Assembly: GCA_963665115.1 (NCBI GenBank)
Contig: OY762007.1
Coordinates: 5,248,001-5,312,000 of the forward strand
From: an uncultured Rivularia sp.
GTDB lineage: Bacteria; Cyanobacteriota; Cyanobacteriia; Cyanobacteriales; Nostocaceae
DNA: 64,000 bases
Direction of reading: 5' to 3'
Both the position numbers and the translations under genes were made by a program. Below, piece by piece: positions 59,786-64,000 of this stretch; positions within the stretch are counted from its first letter, which is position 1, and each line of letters begins with the position of its first letter. Under the pieces are notes generated by a model. That model was given only the letters and a program-made list of their open reading frames with translations, was not told the DNA's origin and ran no database searches.

Positions 59786-61075
59786 CTATTCTTCCAAAAT
59801 CTCTTTACCACCTAAATAAGGTTGTAATACTGTAGGTACGTGTAAGGTACCGTCGGGTTGTTGATAGTTTTCCAAAATAGCTGCCATTGTCCTTCCCACA
59901 GCTAATCCGGAACCGTTAAGGGTATGCACAAAAGAGGTTCCTTTTTTACCAGTTTCTTTAAAGCGAATGTTACCTCTCCTGGCTTGAAAGTCTCCACAAT
60001 TGGAACAACTGGAAATTTCGCGGTACTTACCGCTTGAAGGCAGCCAAACTTCTATATCGTAAGTTTTTGTCGCTGAAAATCCTAAATCCCCGGTACATAG
60101 CTCGATGACTCGGTAAGGCAATTGCAAAGCCTGTAAAATTGCTTCAGCATTATTCAGTAATTTTTCTAGTTCGTTAAAAGAAGTTTCTGGACTGACTAAT
60201 TTGACTAATTCAACTTTATTAAATTGATGCAGACGAATTAATCCCCGCATATCGCGTCCGTAACTTCCGGCTTCGCGACGAAAGCAAGGAGTATAAGCGC
60301 AGTGATAAATAGGTAATTCTTCTGAATTGAGAATTTCACTACGATAAAGATTTGTTAAAGGAACTTCTGCTGTAGGGGAAAGCCATAAATCATCTTCAGC
60401 ACATTTAAAGCCGTCTTCAGCGAATTTAGGTAATTGCCCAGTAGCAGTCATTGAGTCGCTATTAACTAAAAACGGCGGAACAACTTCTACGTAACCTGCT
60501 GCTACCTGAGTATTGAGCATAAATTGAATTAAAGCCCTTTCCAAAGCCGCACCAGCCCCAATCAAGGCAACAAATCGACTTTGAGCAACTTTTACGGCTC
60601 GTTCAAAGTTAAGAAAACCTAACTTTTCGCCGATTTCCCAATGAGGAACAATATTTGAGTTTTGAGGTAAGTACTCATCACCCCAGCGTCGAACCTCTAC
60701 ATTATCTTCTTCATTCTTACCAACAGGTGTAGATTCGCTGGGTAAATTCGGAAGTGCGAGTACTCGTTGTTCTATCTCAGCTTTAATTTCTTTTTCTTGA
60801 GGTTCAAATTCGCTTAATTTCGCTTTGAGAGAATTACCTTCTTCTCGTAAATCTTTAATTTCTGGATCTTGAGGACTGGTACCCGACTTAATTTTTTGTC
60901 CTACCAACTTTCCTATTTCGTTACTGCGGGCTTGAAGTTGACTCGTGGTAGTTTCTAAATCGCGTTGTCGTTGATTCAAGTCAACAATTGGCTGAATATC
61001 GTAATTATCGCCACGATTGTTCAACCTTTCCAGAATTAATTGGGGGTTTTCCCGTATTTGCTTGATATCTAGCAC
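59786..61075 (-). CDS. serS: Serine--tRNA ligase
   Basis: [37 protein letters not shown] and HTLNGSGLA motifs. Confidence 0.97.
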   Translation of the reverse strand: MLDIKQIRENPQLILERLNNRGDNYDIQPIVDLNQRQRDLETTTSQLQARSNEIGKLVGQKIKSGTSPQDPEIKDLREEGNSLKAKLSEFEPQEKEIKAEIEQRVLALPNLPSESTPVGKNEEDNVEVRRWGDEYLPQNSNIVPHWEIGEKLGFLNFERAVKVAQSRFVALIGAGAALERALIQFMLNTQVAAGYVEVVPPFLVNSDSMTATGQLPKFAEDGFKCAEDDLWLSPTAEVPLTNLYRSEILNSEELPIYHCAYTPCFRREAGSYGRDMRGLIRLHQFNKVELVKLVSPETSFNELEKLLNNAEAILQALQLPYRVIELCTGDLGFSATKTYDIEVWLPSSGKYREISSCSNCGDFQARRGNIRFKETGKKGTSFVHTLNGSGLAVGRTMAAILENYQQPDGTLHVPTVLQPYLGGKEILEE

Positions 61076-61386
61076 AGATGTTTCTCGGTTTAAGATTAAT
61101 TTAAAATTTAAAATATTTGGGTCAATACACCAAAATATATTGTAGTGTTCGCCTTGACTTCATAGCAAAAAAATTATCTCCGGCGTTACGAAAAATCAAC
61201 CTGCTGCATTATTTCTAAAGTCTTAAGGAGCGCAAACTAATTTTTTCTCTGAAAAAAGGATTTATCGAAAAAAGGCTTATAAATTTCCGGATCGAGATGG
61301 GGATATTAGAAACAGTGAGCAAGAAGTTTCCTTCCTCCAATCTTCTTACTTCCTCTATTAGCTTCCAAATCGTATCGCCTTCACAC

Positions 61387-61956
61387 TCACTTGGTGATAC
61401 GATTTAACAACCAAATTGAACCTACAAGTCCTACAAAATGGGCTGTAATTGTATTGTTGTTTGCCTGAACTACAAGCATATCTTGACCGCTGATTCGGTT
61501 GGGATCGACAGCACCAAGAGTAGTTATAGTTTGACTTGATACTGCCTTAACTACCAAAGAGCCGACAATTGCTTGCGCTCCTAATAGCGTCAACAGCATT
61601 CCTACTAAGTTTACTATCAAAGCTAACTGTAAAGTTTTAACTGTCTCTATTTTGCGGGGACGGTTACTAGGGTTGGTCGATTGCAGTTTTCTGCCAATAT
61701 TTTTGCAGCGAAATGCTAAATAAACGCTTATTCCTAAAGAAACTATTCCGCAGACGGCTAAAAATACGCCAAAGCCAGTTTCGGCAGTGGCCGAAGGAGT
61801 TCCCGGTCGCCGACCAATTACAAATACCAGTAGCAGCAGGGTGGAGACAACACCCAACACCAGTTGCAATACAAAACTAATCCAACCTGTAATACGAAAA
61901 TTTTGCCCGATAGAACGGACTTTAGAAGAAGACGCATTGTCGAGTTGTTCTGACAT
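61387..61956 (-). CDS. DUF3611 family membrane protein
   Basis: GWISFVLQL, NLVGM and VQANNNTITAHFVG; four TMs. Start placed at MSEQLD. Confidence 0.8.
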   Translation of the reverse strand: MSEQLDNASSSKVRSIGQNFRITGWISFVLQLVLGVVSTLLLLVFVIGRRPGTPSATAETGFGVFLAVCGIVSLGISVYLAFRCKNIGRKLQSTNPSNRPRKIETVKTLQLALIVNLVGMLLTLLGAQAIVGSLVVKAVSSQTITTLGAVDPNRISGQDMLVVQANNNTITAHFVGLVGSIWLLNRITK

Positions 61957-62234
61957 ATCTATAAACCATTTGTGAACGGCGCTACGCTTACCGGCATTAT
62001 TGCACCAACTATATTGATCGGCGCAAGGTCGTATTTTCACTTTAAATACATAAATTCTTCAAGATCATTTTCTATCTGCATGGGAGTGTATGGGCTCTTA
62101 CCTGCAAACGCCCTATTCTACCCGATTAACATAAGTCTAATTACCTACGGATAATCTTCGTAAAAAAAGTATTTGTTAAGTTTTACAAAAAAGCAGCAAT
62201 TTACCTTTAAAATTGCTTAGGTGACATTTTATGC

Positions 62235-62362
62235 TTAAGCAGTTCTAATCTGCTTGGCATCACTTGACACATTGAAAGCGATTCTCACCGCTTTCAAGCA
62301 ACTCCTCACAACACTACTTTTCGAGTTTGGGTAGGGGTGCGGCAAATCTGCACCCCATTTTT
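62235..62362 (+). ncRNA. Candidate sRNA (hairpin - ACTCCTCACA single strand - terminator)
   Basis: Perfect 9-bp stem 62272-62297, anti-SD-like ACTCCTCACA at 62301-62310, and a GC stem 62334-62356 followed by ATTTTT. The 5' end is uncertain. Confidence 0.6.
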
Positions 62363-62531
62363 AGTGTGCCGTACCGCGAGTAACAATCGCGTGCTTTAAT
62401 GTAGTGTTTATAATGCAGACCTTATGTGTCTAAGTAGCGTTATATACTTACATTTAATGGAGTAGCACTATATACTCTCTATAGAAATTACAGGCTCAAC
62501 ATTAAGGCATTTTTTTAGCCATTCACTAACT

Positions 62532-62879
62532 ATGAAACTTGAGGATATATATCAATTCTTTGAGAATCCTCCGCCAACCTACCTCTGTCAGGAACTAGCT
62601 GTTTGTTATATCTTGTCTGTTTTGCAACAAGGGGAATCTTACGGCACCGAATTGATTCAAAAATTGGAGACTGAATATCCAACTTATCGGCTTTCGGATA
62701 CCGTGCTTTATAGCGCGATTAAGTTTCTCGAAGACCAGAAAGCAATTACTGGTTATTGGAAGAAGCTTGAAGGACGCGGTCGTCCCCGCCGGATGTACCA
62801 AGTTTCCCCTGAGTGGCAAACTCAAGCTCAAGATTTAGCTCGTCTTTGGCATGAATATATTAAGCGGAGAACAATTTAG
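62532..62879 (+). CDS. pex: PadR-family regulator Pex (circadian period extender)
   Basis: PPPTYLCQELAVCYIL...YGTELI...LSDTVLYSA...GRGRPRRMY. Confidence 0.85.
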   Translation: MKLEDIYQFFENPPPTYLCQELAVCYILSVLQQGESYGTELIQKLETEYPTYRLSDTVLYSAIKFLEDQKAITGYWKKLEGRGRPRRMYQVSPEWQTQAQDLARLWHEYIKRRTI

Positions 62880-62954
62880 TTTTTAGTATAAAGAGGACAA
62901 TTTAGCCAATAATAATGGTAATTGTTTCCTCTACTTACTGAAGTAAAAATCGTT

Positions 62955-63476
62955 ATGGATACTGCTATTCTGCCATCCACGTTGCTGCTAACTTTATTAA
63001 TGTCGGTCGGATTGGTTTTCTTTATTAGGGCTTCTACTAAAGACCGTATAGAAACAGCACAACTGGTATCCCAACTTCCGGAAGCCTCTTTGATGCCTCA
63101 ATTAAAGGAGTATTTCCGAGCGCGGTCTTATCGAGTGGCAGCGGTAGACTCGCAAAAAAATAAAGTAACTATGACTGGCTTTGTTAAACCCAGTTGGTTT
63201 TTAGCCATATTTTTGACTATTCTTGCCGCTGTTGGTTTTACAAGCCTATCATTAGTTTTGTCTCTGCTTTTCTCTATTCAAAGCTTCCTGCTTTACGGGA
63301 TAATCTTACTATCTCCTTTAAGCGGTATTTTTTACTGGAAGAAAGCTGGAAGGGTGGAAAATGTTTCGCTGACGGTTGAAGATACCGACAGCGAAAAAAA
63401 TTCCAAAATTACTGTAACCGCCCATCGAGATGAAATCATCTCTTTAGAAGAGGCATTACGGCTAAAAAGAGCATGA
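62955..63476 (+). CDS. ccb1: Cofactor assembly of complex C subunit B (CCB1)
   Basis: STLLLTLL..GL.FFIRASTKDR, three TMs, FYWKKAGR and AHRDEI. Confidence 0.82.
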   Translation: MDTAILPSTLLLTLLMSVGLVFFIRASTKDRIETAQLVSQLPEASLMPQLKEYFRARSYRVAAVDSQKNKVTMTGFVKPSWFLAIFLTILAAVGFTSLSLVLSLLFSIQSFLLYGIILLSPLSGIFYWKKAGRVENVSLTVEDTDSEKNSKITVTAHRDEIISLEEALRLKRA

Positions 63477-64000
63477 ATATTGCCCCCAAGCATACAAACA
63501 TTTCTTTCAAGACCTAATTTTTATTGCCTTGAGCGAAATGATGACCGTCTTCATGGCTTTTAGCGCGTTATGCGAGGTTGATTTGTACCACAACCGTATC
63601 GGTGTGGTGCCTTAGAGTAATCGTTGTTTAAACTACCAGCATGGCTGTTACCATTCCAAGAAGGCTCTCTTCGGGTAACAGTTGCGATCGGGTATTAGGC
63701 AACGGGTTAAAACCGCGTAGTTAACCGAAGTTGAAATTAGCCGCTATTGTTCGCAACAGTCTTTTTTACACAGCCCTTCCAAAAAATACTATAATTGTGC
63801 GCGGCGATCTTACTTTCCTAAACACAAGTAATCTCTAACCGTATATGCTGACTTCAGTGTTAGGAGAAATTGTAGAAAGGATTGGAATTTAGAATAGTTA
63901 GTTTTTTTCATTCACATTTACGTGCGGTTGATTGGCCGACATTGCAGGAACTAACCAAAAACCTGTCAGTTGAGACAGAAATTTAGAGATCGAGAGCTTC

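Noticed and set aside
62172..62189. TTTGT-N8-ACAAA palindrome as an NtcA or HLR1 site upstream of the candidate sRNA
   Set aside because: The spacing does not fit GTAN8TAC, and the HLR1 direct-repeat geometry is not met.
1..64000. CRISPR array or cas operon (prompted by the Cas4-like nuclease and TnpB)
   Set aside because: No regularly spaced 25-40 nt repeats with unique spacers were seen. The repeats are STRR heptamers, REP/MITE elements or in-frame 9-mers.
1..64000. tRNA, rRNA, tmRNA, RNase P or a recognisable riboswitch
   Set aside because: No such conserved sequence was recognised by eye. A covariance-model search was not possible.

Overview
AT-rich chromosomal segment of a filamentous, probably heterocyst-forming cyanobacterium (Nostocales). 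This assignment rests on many HIP1 GCGATCGC octamers, heptameric STRR tandem repeats, and asr1734-, prpJ-, ntcB/cnaT- and pex-like genes. Most of the window is conserved core genome: a polysaccharide cluster (two priming sugar transferases, GT4, gmd, fcl), pgsA, aspA, ppa-panD, ntcB-cnaT, a block resembling the Anabaena prpJ1/ndhM/asr1734 region, ctpB, recJ, def, ftsX, aat, rpsN, nth, rseP, serS, pex and ccb1. Accessory parts are an AraC-Rieske oxygenase-GNAT islet, a translationally coupled KaiC-like ATPase/receiver/pseudo-receiver histidine kinase operon, a split pentapeptide-repeat gene, a solo intact tnpB (IS200/IS605) element with a deletion scar beside it, and many REP/MITE/SDR-type miniature elements. 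The best candidates for undescribed biology are (i) a HetF-like CHAT-FHA protease next to a possible PatU3-like substrate, inside a phospho-regulated proteolysis cluster; (ii) the KaiC-like signalling operon; and (iii) two candidate sRNAs. Six genes carry single +1 homopolymer insertions, most likely sequencing or assembly errors. No CRISPR array, rRNA or tRNA was seen. Family and orthologue names come from motif recognition and memory, not from database searches.
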